Virus record (IMG/VR): IMGVR_UViG_3300025769_000069
Direction: 5' to 3' (one strand)
DNA: 64,000 bases
Source: a virus
The notes beneath the pieces were generated by a model. It saw nothing but the letters and a program-made list of their open reading frames with translations, was not told where the DNA came from and ran no database searches. Positions 47,156 through 57,174 of this stretch are shown here, one piece after another; position 1 is the first letter of the stretch, and the number at the start of each line of letters is the position of its first letter. The position numbers were made by a program, and so were the translations under genes.

Positions 47156-47156
47156 T

Positions 47157-47816
47157 ATGGCATTTTTAGTACATCCCTTACCACCAGTAGCCGTATACGT
47201 TAAGATGGAATACCTATACGATTTAGAACCTGGGCATCCTAGTTGGGGTAACTTAACTCCTGGTATTTGGATTAGTGTTAAATCAACTCAATCAAAAGCA
47301 CTATATTTTGAAACACTTCTTACAGATTACGGAGCGCTATATGATAAACTACCTATATCAGCTTTTGTTTGGAAAGAAGACTTCAATCCTGACGACCACC
47401 TTCCGCTTGATGTTCTTCAGCTTTGGGATTGTTTTGATTATGATATTACTGTTATTCAAAAGCCAATCCTGTGTAGATGCGAGTTTTTCGGTAAAGACAA
47501 AAAAATGCATGCAGGAGAATACGAGTTCACAATTGATAATTGTCACCGCGATCCTTCCGTCCTCGACACAAATTTCAGTGAACAAGATCCCGAACACAAG
47601 TCTTTCAATGTTATACGACTTGACAACGGTCAATTCGCTGCTCAGCCAAACAATAGGGTTATCTGGCGTGATAGCTCCTTAACACCGGCAGATTTGAAAC
47701 GTCCTGATTTTAAAGTGTGTACACAAAATTATGCTGTTGAAACTGAACCAAAATGGTCAGTTGGTCATACTGATGAGTGGCAGTATAAGACCAAGGATGA
47801 AGAGTCTATTAAATGA
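47157..47816 (+). CDS. Phage hypothetical protein
   Basis: YDKLPISAF, LQLWDCF, GQFAAQPNNR. Confidence 0.7.
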   Translation: MAFLVHPLPPVAVYVKMEYLYDLEPGHPSWGNLTPGIWISVKSTQSKALYFETLLTDYGALYDKLPISAFVWKEDFNPDDHLPLDVLQLWDCFDYDITVIQKPILCRCEFFGKDKKMHAGEYEFTIDNCHRDPSVLDTNFSEQDPEHKSFNVIRLDNGQFAAQPNNRVIWRDSSLTPADLKRPDFKVCTQNYAVETEPKWSVGHTDEWQYKTKDEESIK

Positions 47817-47998
47817 CAATATATCTGTCTGCAATTTTAGCAACACATATTTGGGTAAATAACCAAAACATATTTGTTAAAGTTTGTGAGTACAGACCAA
47901 AAAAAGAAATCAGCAATTGGTACAATCATTATCCTCCAAGGCGCTATGTTGCTTGGGAAAGCGATTGTCCCTACTATATTACAGTTTCTAAAAAATAA
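47813..47998 (+). CDS. Hypothetical protein
   Basis: ATGA overlap. Confidence 0.45.
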   Translation: MTIYLSAILATHIWVNNQNIFVKVCEYRPKKEISNWYNHYPPRRYVAWESDCPYYITVSKK

Positions 47999-48062
47999 TT
48001 TTTATGTTACCGGTAACGTTAGCACTAACATTTTATACATAAGCAATAAAAGGAGATTGTTT

Positions 48063-48308
48063 ATGTGTTCCCCATTTGTTCGCAAAGAAGCCAATCGTTT
48101 TTACTGGTTAGTAAAAGGAATGTTAATACCAGAGAGTTGGCCGGACAAGGATGTAGAACGTATATACGACTCTTATATGGTACGTTTGTGGGGTAACCAT
48201 GAAAGAATTGCATATGGCTCAACTGGATTTGAAGCTGCATATAAAGCCAGAGAAGCAAAGATAATAAATGACAGTTTAGAAAAAGTTGCTGTACTAGGTT
48301 ACAATTAA
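48063..48308 (+). CDS. Hypothetical protein
   Basis: SD AAGGAG before MCSPFVRKEANR. Confidence 0.6.
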   Translation: MCSPFVRKEANRFYWLVKGMLIPESWPDKDVERIYDSYMVRLWGNHERIAYGSTGFEAAYKAREAKIINDSLEKVAVLGYN

Positions 48309-48313
48309 AATGA

Positions 48314-48371
48314 AAAAAAGTGAGCAGTAGCTCACTTTTTTGTTTACATCCTATTTGATATAGTGTAGTAT
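48314..48371 (+). promoter_or_regulatory. Early promoter with upstream palindrome (copy 3)
   Basis: GTGAGC-N4-GCTCAC, T6, GTTTACA-N17-TAGTAT, AATGAAGGAGA. Confidence 0.8.
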
Positions 48372-48399
48372 AATTATATCAAATGAAGGAGATTATATT

Positions 48400-49353
48400 A
48401 TGGCACATGAAATTGAATTTGTAGACGGTGTAGCACAAATGGCGTATGCTGGTGAAACACCTTGGCATGGTTTAGGAGCACAGGTCTCGAATGATCTTAC
48501 TCCTCGCCAGATCATGCAAAAAGCTGGACTTGATTGGTCAGTAGAAAAAGAAGATGTATTTACTGCATCAGGCGTCAAAGTTCCTGGTAAAAAGGCTTTG
48601 GTACGCGAGGATGGTAAAATCCTAGATATGGTCGGTGACGACTGGAACCCAATCCAAAATGATCAAGCATTTGAATTCTTTTCTGAATTCGTACTTGCTG
48701 GTGATATGGAAATGAATTGCGCAGGATCTTTAAAGGATGGAAAAAATGTATTCGCTCTCGCAAAAATCAAAGAGTCATTCTCAATTCTTGGAGACGACCA
48801 AGTGGACTCCTATCTTTTGTTTAGCAATCCTCACCAATATGGTAAAGCTGTTGATATTCGCTTTACTCCCATTCGTGTTGTATGCAATAATACGCTCACA
48901 TTTTCTTTAAACTCAGCCTCTAATAACTTTGTAAAAGTTGGACACCGTTCAACATTCGATGCTGATATTGTAAAAGAGCAAATGGGTCTTGCATCTGAAA
49001 AGTTTGCTAAGTACAAAGAGATGGCTGAGTTCCTTTCAACTCGTAAGTTCTCAACTGAAACATTGCTTCAATACTACAATGAAGTATTCAGCCACCGTGA
49101 AAAGCGTGAAGTATCTACTGTCAAAGATCTTTCACGCACAGCACAACAAGCATTTGAATTGCTTGAAACACAACCTGGTGCTGAGTTTGGCGCCGGCACT
49201 TGGTGGCAGGCTTTTAACTCTGTAACTTATCTTACAGACCACAAGCTTGGTCGTTCAGACGATGCTCGTATGGAGTCTGCATGGTTTGGTGTCAATCAGT
49301 CTCGTAAACTTAAAGCAGCAAACAAGGCTGTAGAATTTGCGACTGCATCATGA
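48400..49353 (+). CDS. DUF932 family protein
   Basis: PWHGLG, AGLDW, TPIRVVCNNTL, GTWWQAFNSVT. Confidence 0.85.
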   Translation: MAHEIEFVDGVAQMAYAGETPWHGLGAQVSNDLTPRQIMQKAGLDWSVEKEDVFTASGVKVPGKKALVREDGKILDMVGDDWNPIQNDQAFEFFSEFVLAGDMEMNCAGSLKDGKNVFALAKIKESFSILGDDQVDSYLLFSNPHQYGKAVDIRFTPIRVVCNNTLTFSLNSASNNFVKVGHRSTFDADIVKEQMGLASEKFAKYKEMAEFLSTRKFSTETLLQYYNEVFSHREKREVSTVKDLSRTAQQAFELLETQPGAEFGAGTWWQAFNSVTYLTDHKLGRSDDARMESAWFGVNQSRKLKAANKAVEFATAS

Positions 49354-49532
49354 GACTAATTAAAGATAAAGATAATCCCGGTCTTCTCGGGATTATCGAA
49401 ACCGCAGATGAAATTGTCGACTTTAAAAAAATGGTCGACAATTTAAATAATGATCTTATAGACTCTGGTTTCGACCAATATAAGTTTAAATTTATTCGAC
49501 GAGGCGATAAAGCTTATATTGAAAGAGTCTAA
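49350..49532 (+). CDS. Hypothetical protein
   Basis: ATGA overlap; ends before a terminator. Confidence 0.55.
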   Translation: MRLIKDKDNPGLLGIIETADEIVDFKKMVDNLNNDLIDSGFDQYKFKFIRRGDKAYIERV

Positions 49533-49557
49533 GGGAATTTCGGTTCCCTTTCTTTTT
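49531..49557 (+). terminator. Rho-independent terminator
   Basis: AAGGGAA-TTTCGG-TTCCCTT followed by TCTTTTT. Confidence 0.75.
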
Positions 49558-49558
49558 A

Positions 49559-49566
49559 TATAAATA
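49559..49566 (+). promoter_or_regulatory. T4-type late promoter
   Basis: TATAAATA heading the internal-protein block. Confidence 0.8.
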
Positions 49567-49590
49567 TGGTTATACTTTCGGAGGTATGCA

Positions 49591-50367
49591 ATGAAACGCT
49601 TAAAAGGATACATCACAGAAATGTCAGCAGAAGAATTAGATGCAGAGTTTCTTAACAGAGCAATGGTACGTACAGCATTTAATTTAAATGCTAAAGATTT
49701 CGAATCATTGAAATATAAAAAAGAAATACAGCATTTATTTCACCTGCATTTCTTTCCATCATTGGACTTAAGTAAACTGCTAGACAAAGTTACTGAAAAG
49801 GGGCTAGATGCCGCAATTAAAGCAGTAAGAGCATCAAATCCAGCAAACTTCAATTCACTTTATAAGTATAATATTAAAGGAGTTGGTCCTGGTGAAGTGA
49901 TGTTGTATTTTATATTGAATAATGGCCATCTAGGCGGTGGAAGTTCAGCTGGTCTAGACCTTGTCGATAAAGCTGGAAATTTTGAAGTAAAAGCAGTAGA
50001 TTATTCCGCAGCCGGCAAATATGTAAATAACTTTAAAGTTGGTGGCACATTCTCTATGGCTAATATTATTAGAGGCGTTCAAGATTTAAAGAAACAAACT
50101 GGACTTGGCGCTGGATCTGAAGTTAATACTGGTGATTTAACAAAAATTGAACAACGCTTTCCAGATGCACTTAAAAAATTAAAACAGCAATATGTAGATT
50201 TGACATATGATGAGTACTTCAAAAATCATAAGATCATATTCTTATCTAACAAAACTGGTGGTGGTTTCCAACTTGGTGATTTAATTGCAATCAAACAAGT
50301 TCAAAAGAAAGATATTATGTTTGAAAGAATTACATCTGGAACAATTAAGCCTAGAGTTAAAATTTAA
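49591..50367 (+). CDS. Putative head-packaged protein, possible PD-(D/E)xK fold
   Basis: MKRLKGYITE N-terminus; GPGE..., DL..., EVKA. Confidence 0.5.
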   Translation: MKRLKGYITEMSAEELDAEFLNRAMVRTAFNLNAKDFESLKYKKEIQHLFHLHFFPSLDLSKLLDKVTEKGLDAAIKAVRASNPANFNSLYKYNIKGVGPGEVMLYFILNNGHLGGGSSAGLDLVDKAGNFEVKAVDYSAAGKYVNNFKVGGTFSMANIIRGVQDLKKQTGLGAGSEVNTGDLTKIEQRFPDALKKLKQQYVDLTYDEYFKNHKIIFLSNKTGGGFQLGDLIAIKQVQKKDIMFERITSGTIKPRVKI

Positions 50368-50368
50368 A

Positions 50369-51598
50369 ATGGAAAACTTTAAAACACATATAACAGAACA
50401 AAAGAATACACATATGACTCACATTGAAGACAGAGTTCTTTATGGTGGAGTTAATGGTACGCGTCAAGCTATACTGGCTCTTAGAAATTTAAGAGACATG
50501 TTGAAAGGTGAACACGATGGTAATATATCTGTTAAGTGGGACGGCGCTCCTTCTGTTTTTGCTGGCATTGACCCTAGTGACGGTAAATTTTTTGTCGCCA
50601 AAAAAGGCATTTTTAATAAGAACCCTAAAGTATATAAGTCTCCTGCTGACGTGGATGCTGATACTTCTGGTGATTTGGCTGTTAAGCTTAAGCTCGCGCT
50701 GAAGCATTTATCTGGTCTTGGAATAAAAGGAGTCATCCAAGGGGATTTTTTATTTGGGCCTGGAGACGTTAAGAATAAAAAAATTAAGGGTGATGATTAT
50801 ATTACATTCCACCCTAACACTATTGTTTATGCAGTACCAGCAAACTCTGAAGCTTCAAAAGAAATTTTATCGGCAGAGATTGGAATTGTATGGCATACCA
50901 GTTATACTGGTAGTACCTTTGAAACTATGAAAGCTTCATATGGCGTAAATGTTTCAGCTTTGAAAAAATCAAAAAATGTTTGGTCTCAAGATGCGATGCT
51001 TCGCGACATGACAAAAGTAACATTATCTAAAAAAGAAACGGAGGAAGTCAATGCAGCCTTATCTAGTGCAGGGAAGTTGTTTAATCAAATCAGTGGCACA
51101 ACACTGCGTCAATTGGAAGCGAACAAAGAACTCGCCACCCTCATTGAGCAGTTCAATAACAAATATGTCAGAAGAGGTGAGACCATACGGGATACAGCAC
51201 GTCATACCGAGTTACTCATCAGATGGATCAAAAAGAAATTTACACGTGAGCGAATGGCACGTAAATCGGACAGGGGCAAAGCCAACGTCCAACAAAAACT
51301 AGATAATATTTTAAAGTTTTTTTCACAAAGTAATAAAAAATCATTAAAGTTAATGTTTGATTTGCAAAAAGTAATTATTTTAGCAAAATTAAAACTTATA
51401 AATAAACTTAATACTTTGCAAAAAATCAAAACATTTGTAAAGACTAGTAATGGATTTAAAGTAACCGGCGCAGAAGGCTTTGTTGCTATTGATAAATTAG
51501 GTGGTGATGCTGTAAAACTTGTTGATAGAATGGAATTTTCTTACAACAACTTCAGCAAAGATGTATTAAAAGGATGGGACAAACCGGGAAGAAACTAA
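50369..51598 (+). CDS. Ligase-like nucleotidyltransferase-fold protein (DUF6267-like)
   Basis: HMTHIED, VKWDGAP (KxDG), QGDFLF, EGFV, KLVDR; N-terminus MENFKTHITE. Confidence 0.65.
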   Translation: MENFKTHITEQKNTHMTHIEDRVLYGGVNGTRQAILALRNLRDMLKGEHDGNISVKWDGAPSVFAGIDPSDGKFFVAKKGIFNKNPKVYKSPADVDADTSGDLAVKLKLALKHLSGLGIKGVIQGDFLFGPGDVKNKKIKGDDYITFHPNTIVYAVPANSEASKEILSAEIGIVWHTSYTGSTFETMKASYGVNVSALKKSKNVWSQDAMLRDMTKVTLSKKETEEVNAALSSAGKLFNQISGTTLRQLEANKELATLIEQFNNKYVRRGETIRDTARHTELLIRWIKKKFTRERMARKSDRGKANVQQKLDNILKFFSQSNKKSLKLMFDLQKVIILAKLKLINKLNTLQKIKTFVKTSNGFKVTGAEGFVAIDKLGGDAVKLVDRMEFSYNNFSKDVLKGWDKPGRN

Positions 51599-52068
51599 TG
51601 GCTAAGAAATTAGGTTTTAAAGATTTTTTAAATGTTGACTATGCACCAGGGATGCCTGATGAAGTCAAAAGAAACGCAAAGAAACGTAAAGTTGATGCAC
51701 CAACCGGAAACACTAATGAAGAGTTAGAGGTTGATGAAGCTTTAGATCTTACACAAAGACGTAAGAGAGCAAGACAACTTGTAAAATATAAATCTCGTAT
51801 TAAGATTGGCCGCGAACGCGCAAAAAGACGAGTAGCATCTCCAGCAAAATTAAAAAGACGTTCTAGAAAAAACGCTAGAGATATGATTGTCAAGAAAATT
51901 ACAAAAGATATACCTAAAGGTGAGTTAACATACGCTCGCCGGCAAGAGATAGAAAAGCGTATGGAAACATCTGCTATGAAATCAAAAATTGATAGATTGG
52001 CCAGAAAATTACTTCCAAGCATTCGTAAAGCTGAATTAGCAAAGCATCGAGGTAAATCTCAAAAATGA
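51598..52068 (+). CDS. Basic putative internal head protein
   Basis: GFKDFL, EELEVDEA followed by a K/R-rich domain. Confidence 0.6.
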   Translation: MAKKLGFKDFLNVDYAPGMPDEVKRNAKKRKVDAPTGNTNEELEVDEALDLTQRRKRARQLVKYKSRIKIGRERAKRRVASPAKLKRRSRKNARDMIVKKITKDIPKGELTYARRQEIEKRMETSAMKSKIDRLARKLLPSIRKAELAKHRGKSQK

Positions 52069-53630
52069 TTAATTCATTTAGCCAATATTTAATTGAAGAA
52101 CAGAAAACTGTTTATTTTACATTTGGTAGATTAAATCCGCCAACAATGGGCCATGAGATGCTTTTAAATAAACTTGCAAAAGCTGCAGGTAAAAATCCAT
52201 ATAAGATTTATCTTTCTAAATCTAATGATCCAAAAAAGAATCCATTGTCTTATAATGATAAAATTAAATTTGCTCGTAAAATGTTTCCAAAACATGCACG
52301 GCAAATTATTAAAAATAATAAAATCAATACAATTATGGATATTGCTTCAGCTCTTTTTTCTGAAGGTTATATAAACGTTGTCATGGCCGTTGATGGCCCT
52401 CGTTCTCGTGAGTTTGATATTCTATTAAACAAATATAATGGAGTTAAAGGCAGACACGGATTTTATAACTTTAAGTCAATTAAGTTTGTTAATGTTGGTG
52501 AGCGTAATGATTCGTCTGAAGGTATTGACGGAGTCTCAGCCACTAAACAACGTAATGCAGCAAAGGATAATGACTTTGTAGCATTTACACAAGGTCTCCC
52601 TAAATCAATGTCAAATAAAGATGCGAAGCAATTATTTAATGCTGTTCGTAAAGGCATGGGATTAAAAGAAGCAAAAGAATTTAAACGCCATATTCAATTA
52701 GAACCAGTTTCAGAATTAAGAGAAGCTTATATTCGTGATAATATTTTTGAAGAAGGTGAACGAGTTGTTATGACTAAAAAAGGTATTGTTGGGAACATCA
52801 AATATCTTGGTACTAATTATTTGATTGTAGAGTCAAAAGGCGAAACATGGAGATGCTGGCTAGATGAAGTTTCAAAGGTAGATCCAAATGCTAGACCACC
52901 ACACGTAGAAGCTGATTATGGAGCAACTATAGACGCTGGACCATATAAATTAAGCGAATCAGTGGATTGGGTATGTGGTAAATGTAATTGTGAACCTTGT
53001 AGATGTAGTGAAATTAATGAAGCTCAAAAGTGGAAAAAAGGTGGACCTGACGGAGAAATTCATACTCAGCATAAAGGTACAACCTGGAGAGTTCGCAAAG
53101 ATTATAACCATAATGATCGTCATGTTGGTGAATATCGTATCGAGTATAAAAAGAAAAATCCATACGGTGCCCACGATTGGGAATGGCATGATACAGTTCA
53201 GGGTAAAGAGCATGCTAAGTCACGTTTGCCAGAAGCAAACCAACCTGAATGGGGAACACCTGAGTCAACTAAAAAAGCAAAAGGTATTACTCCTGGTGAA
53301 AAGAATGAAGGGCTTTGGGATAACATCCGAGCACGTCGTGCTGCTGGAAAGCCAAAATTAAAACCTGGTGATAAAAACTATCCAAAAACTTTGAAGATAG
53401 AAACTCAACAAGATCCAGATATTAAAGATCGCCCAGGTTCGCAGCCTGCTGGTTATCATAAAGGATTGTCTAGAGCACAGAAAATTGCTAGAGATAGACA
53501 ATTTAAACGCCAGACCAAAATGAGCGATAATGATCCAAAGGCATATAAGCTAGCACCGGGTGATAAAACAAGTAAAACAAGATTATCAAAACATACTCTA
53601 AAGTATAGAAAAATGTATGGAGAAGACTAA
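52065..53630 (+). CDS. HxGH nucleotidyltransferase (cytidyltransferase-like) with modular C-terminal extensions
   Basis: FGRLNPPTMGH, KKNPL, GVSATK; N-terminus MINSFSQYLIEE. Confidence 0.75.
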   Translation: MINSFSQYLIEEQKTVYFTFGRLNPPTMGHEMLLNKLAKAAGKNPYKIYLSKSNDPKKNPLSYNDKIKFARKMFPKHARQIIKNNKINTIMDIASALFSEGYINVVMAVDGPRSREFDILLNKYNGVKGRHGFYNFKSIKFVNVGERNDSSEGIDGVSATKQRNAAKDNDFVAFTQGLPKSMSNKDAKQLFNAVRKGMGLKEAKEFKRHIQLEPVSELREAYIRDNIFEEGERVVMTKKGIVGNIKYLGTNYLIVESKGETWRCWLDEVSKVDPNARPPHVEADYGATIDAGPYKLSESVDWVCGKCNCEPCRCSEINEAQKWKKGGPDGEIHTQHKGTTWRVRKDYNHNDRHVGEYRIEYKKKNPYGAHDWEWHDTVQGKEHAKSRLPEANQPEWGTPESTKKAKGITPGEKNEGLWDNIRARRAAGKPKLKPGDKNYPKTLKIETQQDPDIKDRPGSQPAGYHKGLSRAQKIARDRQFKRQTKMSDNDPKAYKLAPGDKTSKTRLSKHTLKYRKMYGED

Positions 53631-53875
53631 TGCAAAGCTTTAAGACATTTAGTGAAAATACTGAAGGGCTAAAAAATAAAGCCGAAAAGTCAGGTATGCC
53701 TCTTGGTGTTCTTCGGAAAGTATACAACCGTGGAGTTGCTGCTTGGAGAACTGGTCATAGACCTGGTACAACTCCTGAACAATGGGGTATGGCAAGAGTA
53801 AATTCATTTGTAACTAAATCTTCCGGAACATGGGGCAAGGCAGACAAAGATCTGGCGGCGAAAGTAAGAGGCTAA
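53630..53875 (+). CDS. Small virion-type protein (DUF5824-like)
   Basis: LRKVYNRGVAAW..GHRPG..QWGMARVNSF. Confidence 0.65.
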   Translation: MQSFKTFSENTEGLKNKAEKSGMPLGVLRKVYNRGVAAWRTGHRPGTTPEQWGMARVNSFVTKSSGTWGKADKDLAAKVRG

Positions 53876-53876
53876 A

Positions 53877-55706
53877 ATGGAATACGATTTAAGATCCCAC
53901 TCAAATAAAAGATTAGGAAGCATCCTAGCTAATCCTAGACATCCAGCTCATTCTGCAGCAAAAGCTGAGCGCGATAGGCGTCTTGCTATGAGAAATGAAG
54001 CATACGATGAGCCTCAAGGGCAAGCAAAAAGAATGATGTCACCATTACAGAAAATGAGAATGGATAAAGAAAAAGCTGATCGTGATCGTGATGGTAAACT
54101 AAAACCAGGTGTCGTAAAAAGAGGTAAGTCAACCATGAATAGACTAAAAGATATTAGACAAAGAGCTGATGCTTTTGCTGTTAAATCCCGTAAAGAAGAA
54201 GTTGATCTTGATGAAATGAAGGATGAATGGAAGACTGATACTGGATGGAAAAAACCAGAAACTATTAGAAAAGATAGATTCGGAAATGTGATTAAGAATC
54301 TTCCCAAACATCTTGCGAAAGCTGCGGCTAAAAAATCTGCTGAAATGAATAAAGAAGAAGTAGAACAAGTTGATGAAGTTCTAGATCGTCCAGGTGCAAT
54401 GGATAAGTATCATAATAAAGCTAAAGCGCAAAGCGACAGGGCACGCAACTCTGCAACAGCTAAAATTCTTCGTGGTAATTCTGACATTTCAAAAGAAAAA
54501 GAAACTATCCGCAAGCGCGAAAAAGGTATGGACATGGCTACAAATGTGAGAGCCAAACAGTTTCGCAGAGCAGTTACTGGTAGGCCTTATGGCGAAGCAG
54601 TTGAAGAAGACATGAATCCTTATCTAAAGCATTCCACAGATAAATTAAAAAATAAGCATGCTAGTTTTAGTAGACAAATTGGTGATCTTCAAACTAAAAA
54701 ATTAAAAGGTGCAAAAAATCCGTCTATTGATCAAGAGATTGCTAAGTATCAACAAAAACTGCGGCATGTAAAAAATGCGATGAAAAATGAATCGATTGAA
54801 GAAGCAAAGCGTAAAGGCGCTCCAAAGATGCAAGGTGATTGGCTGAAGAAAGAGCGTGAAAAGAACCGTGCTCATGATGCAGCGATGGGTCGTACACCAA
54901 CCGGTCGTAAAAAACCAGAACGCGCTATGACTTCTACTCAGCGTTCACTTGCTAAAATGCGTGCTGAAGATGTTGAATACGTAAATGAAAAGAAACTTAC
55001 ACCTAAAGAAGTTAAAAGAGCTTTAGCATCTATTAAACCTCCTAAGAAAAAGCCAACACTACCAAAAGCTCCCTGGGAAAAAGAAAAGACAGAAGAAGGA
55101 TTTGTGTCTCATGCACAGCGTAAAGCAGTATGGGCTACTAAAAAAGATGGTGGTAAAGGTCATCCAGATAATAAAAAGAAAAATGAAGCTTATGTTCCAG
55201 AAGGACTAACTGTTGGTGATGGTATGGGTTCTTGGATCAAAGATTTCCAAGCATCTGATGCTCCACAATTCGCAGGAAAATCTCAAAAGAAAAAAAGAGA
55301 TATGGCGATTGCGGCATATTTAGATGCAAAGAGAAGTAAAAAAGAATCAGTAGAAGAAGCTTCTGTTATCAATGGGAAAAAACAAGACCCTAATAGCACT
55401 AGATGGAAAAGCACTTCTTTGTCCCATGCAGATGCGGTTGCAAAACATGGAAAGGATAATGTCCGTAAAGGAATGTTTAAACGTGGAGATGGAAGTCATG
55501 ATGTTCAAGTCAAATCTAAATTAGGCGAAGAAAATATAGACGAAAAAAAAGGTCTGACAATCCCTAAGTTTAGAAGTGCTTTATATAAAGGCGCAAAAGC
55601 ATTAGGTGATGTTCAAGCTGTAAAAAAGAAAAAAGTTGGTAAACGTATCGGTAGAAGAGTTGTTGGAAAAATGGCCGGAAGACTTTTAGGAAAGATGTTC
55701 AGATGA
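53877..55706 (+). CDS. Modular Lys/Arg-rich polyprotein-like internal protein
   Basis: Basic segments separated by acidic linkers (EEVDLDE, EEVEQVDE, ESIEE, ESVEE, EENIDE). Confidence 0.6.
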   Translation: MEYDLRSHSNKRLGSILANPRHPAHSAAKAERDRRLAMRNEAYDEPQGQAKRMMSPLQKMRMDKEKADRDRDGKLKPGVVKRGKSTMNRLKDIRQRADAFAVKSRKEEVDLDEMKDEWKTDTGWKKPETIRKDRFGNVIKNLPKHLAKAAAKKSAEMNKEEVEQVDEVLDRPGAMDKYHNKAKAQSDRARNSATAKILRGNSDISKEKETIRKREKGMDMATNVRAKQFRRAVTGRPYGEAVEEDMNPYLKHSTDKLKNKHASFSRQIGDLQTKKLKGAKNPSIDQEIAKYQQKLRHVKNAMKNESIEEAKRKGAPKMQGDWLKKEREKNRAHDAAMGRTPTGRKKPERAMTSTQRSLAKMRAEDVEYVNEKKLTPKEVKRALASIKPPKKKPTLPKAPWEKEKTEEGFVSHAQRKAVWATKKDGGKGHPDNKKKNEAYVPEGLTVGDGMGSWIKDFQASDAPQFAGKSQKKKRDMAIAAYLDAKRSKKESVEEASVINGKKQDPNSTRWKSTSLSHADAVAKHGKDNVRKGMFKRGDGSHDVQVKSKLGEENIDEKKGLTIPKFRSALYKGAKALGDVQAVKKKKVGKRIGRRVVGKMAGRLLGKMFR

Positions 55707-56332
55707 TTAAGTTTAGGGATTTCACTAATCATAATTCATCTACTAATCTTGGTGGGACTGAAACGTTAAAAAAAGACCTTGAGGCAATGAAAAGGAAGCT
55801 AGCAACAGAAGCTAAAGATCCTGGTGAATATGACTACGAAGGTGAGATGGCAAAGGTTCAACTTAGAGCTATGATCGATCAAGCAGAAGACTTAGTCGAA
55901 AAGTTTGAGGACAACGAGAACTTGCCTGAATGGGTACAAAATAAAATCACAAAAGCTTCTGACTATATCAAAGATGTATATTCTTACATGGAAGGTCAAG
56001 AGGACGAAGAAGAAGACGATACGCAGAATGAATCTGCCACGAATGTGAGTGAGGAAAAACATCCAGCACTAAAAAGAGCTGGAGTTTCTGGATTTAGTAA
56101 GCCAAAAAGAACATCAGGGCATCCAACTAGTAGCCACGTCGTTGTTGTAAGAGATGGTGGTAAAGTAAAAACAATTCGTTTTGGCCAACAAGGCGTATCT
56201 GGATCTCCTAAGAAAGAGGGAGAATCAAAATCATATGCAGCCAGAAGAAAATCATTTAAAGCTAGACATGCTAAAAATATAGCAAAAGGAAAATCATCTG
56301 CTGCGTATTGGGCAAATAAAGTAAAGTGGTGA
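55703..56332 (+). CDS. Two-module putative internal protein
   Basis: EGEMAK..LPEWVQNKI module plus KTIRFGQQG..SFKARH..AAYWA module. Confidence 0.6.
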   Translation: MIKFRDFTNHNSSTNLGGTETLKKDLEAMKRKLATEAKDPGEYDYEGEMAKVQLRAMIDQAEDLVEKFEDNENLPEWVQNKITKASDYIKDVYSYMEGQEDEEEDDTQNESATNVSEEKHPALKRAGVSGFSKPKRTSGHPTSSHVVVVRDGGKVKTIRFGQQGVSGSPKKEGESKSYAARRKSFKARHAKNIAKGKSSAAYWANKVKW

Positions 56333-56335
56333 TAT

Positions 56336-57106
56336 ATGGCACAAAAATCAAAATACCTTTCAAACACTCGGATTGCTGAAAAAATAGATGTATCGGAAGG
56401 TAGAGTTCTTAACACAGATTATATCCATAAGTTTGGCAGAAATCCAAGTGTAGGTGGTGCACCTGAAACTATTTGGATGCAAGGTGGAGTTTACGAATAT
56501 TTGACTTCTCCTTCTACTGTTTATGCTACAAGTGATAATGCTGCTGATGCTGCTGCTGGAACTGGAGCAAGGACCGTTACAGTTCAAGGATTGGATGTAA
56601 ACTATCTTAATGTACAGGAAACATTAACAGTAGGTGGACCTGCTTCAACAGTAGAATTTTTAAGAGTGTTCCGAGCTTTTGTTGCCGAGTCAGGATCTGT
56701 TGGAACAAATGTCGGTAATGTGTTAATTACAACAGGAGCTGGTGGAAGCGGAACAGTATTAGCAGATATTGGCACCATAGGAACTGGAACAACTTTTGGA
56801 TTAGGGCAGACACAACTTGCTTTATATACAATTCCAGCACATTGTACTGGATACTTAACAACTTGGAATGTTGGTATAGGAGCTTATAACAATAGTGCTA
56901 CGGTTTCGTTGTATACTCGAGTATTTGATACTGGATATCTGAGTTTTAGAACAAGAGATATTATGGATGTGCCTGGAGGTTATCACACAAGAAATTATGG
57001 TATACCATTGAAAATCCCGACAAAAACTGATATTGAAGTAAGGGGTATTGCTTCAACTGGTACTTCAATTAGTGCATCTTTTGATCTTATACTAGTGAAA
57101 AAATAA
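56336..57106 (+). CDS. Gly/Thr-rich beta protein, probably structural
   Basis: HKFGRN, GTGARTVTVQGLD, FLRVFRAFV. Confidence 0.6.
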   Translation: MAQKSKYLSNTRIAEKIDVSEGRVLNTDYIHKFGRNPSVGGAPETIWMQGGVYEYLTSPSTVYATSDNAADAAAGTGARTVTVQGLDVNYLNVQETLTVGGPASTVEFLRVFRAFVAESGSVGTNVGNVLITTGAGGSGTVLADIGTIGTGTTFGLGQTQLALYTIPAHCTGYLTTWNVGIGAYNNSATVSLYTRVFDTGYLSFRTRDIMDVPGGYHTRNYGIPLKIPTKTDIEVRGIASTGTSISASFDLILVKK

Positions 57107-57143
57107 ATGAACTTTTTCGATATTATCTTAACTAATAAATAAT

Positions 57144-57151
57144 TATAAATA
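57144..57151 (+). promoter_or_regulatory. T4-type late promoter
   Basis: Intergenic TATAAATA. Confidence 0.8.
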
Positions 57152-57174
57152 AGATTAAACTTAAAGAGAAAATA

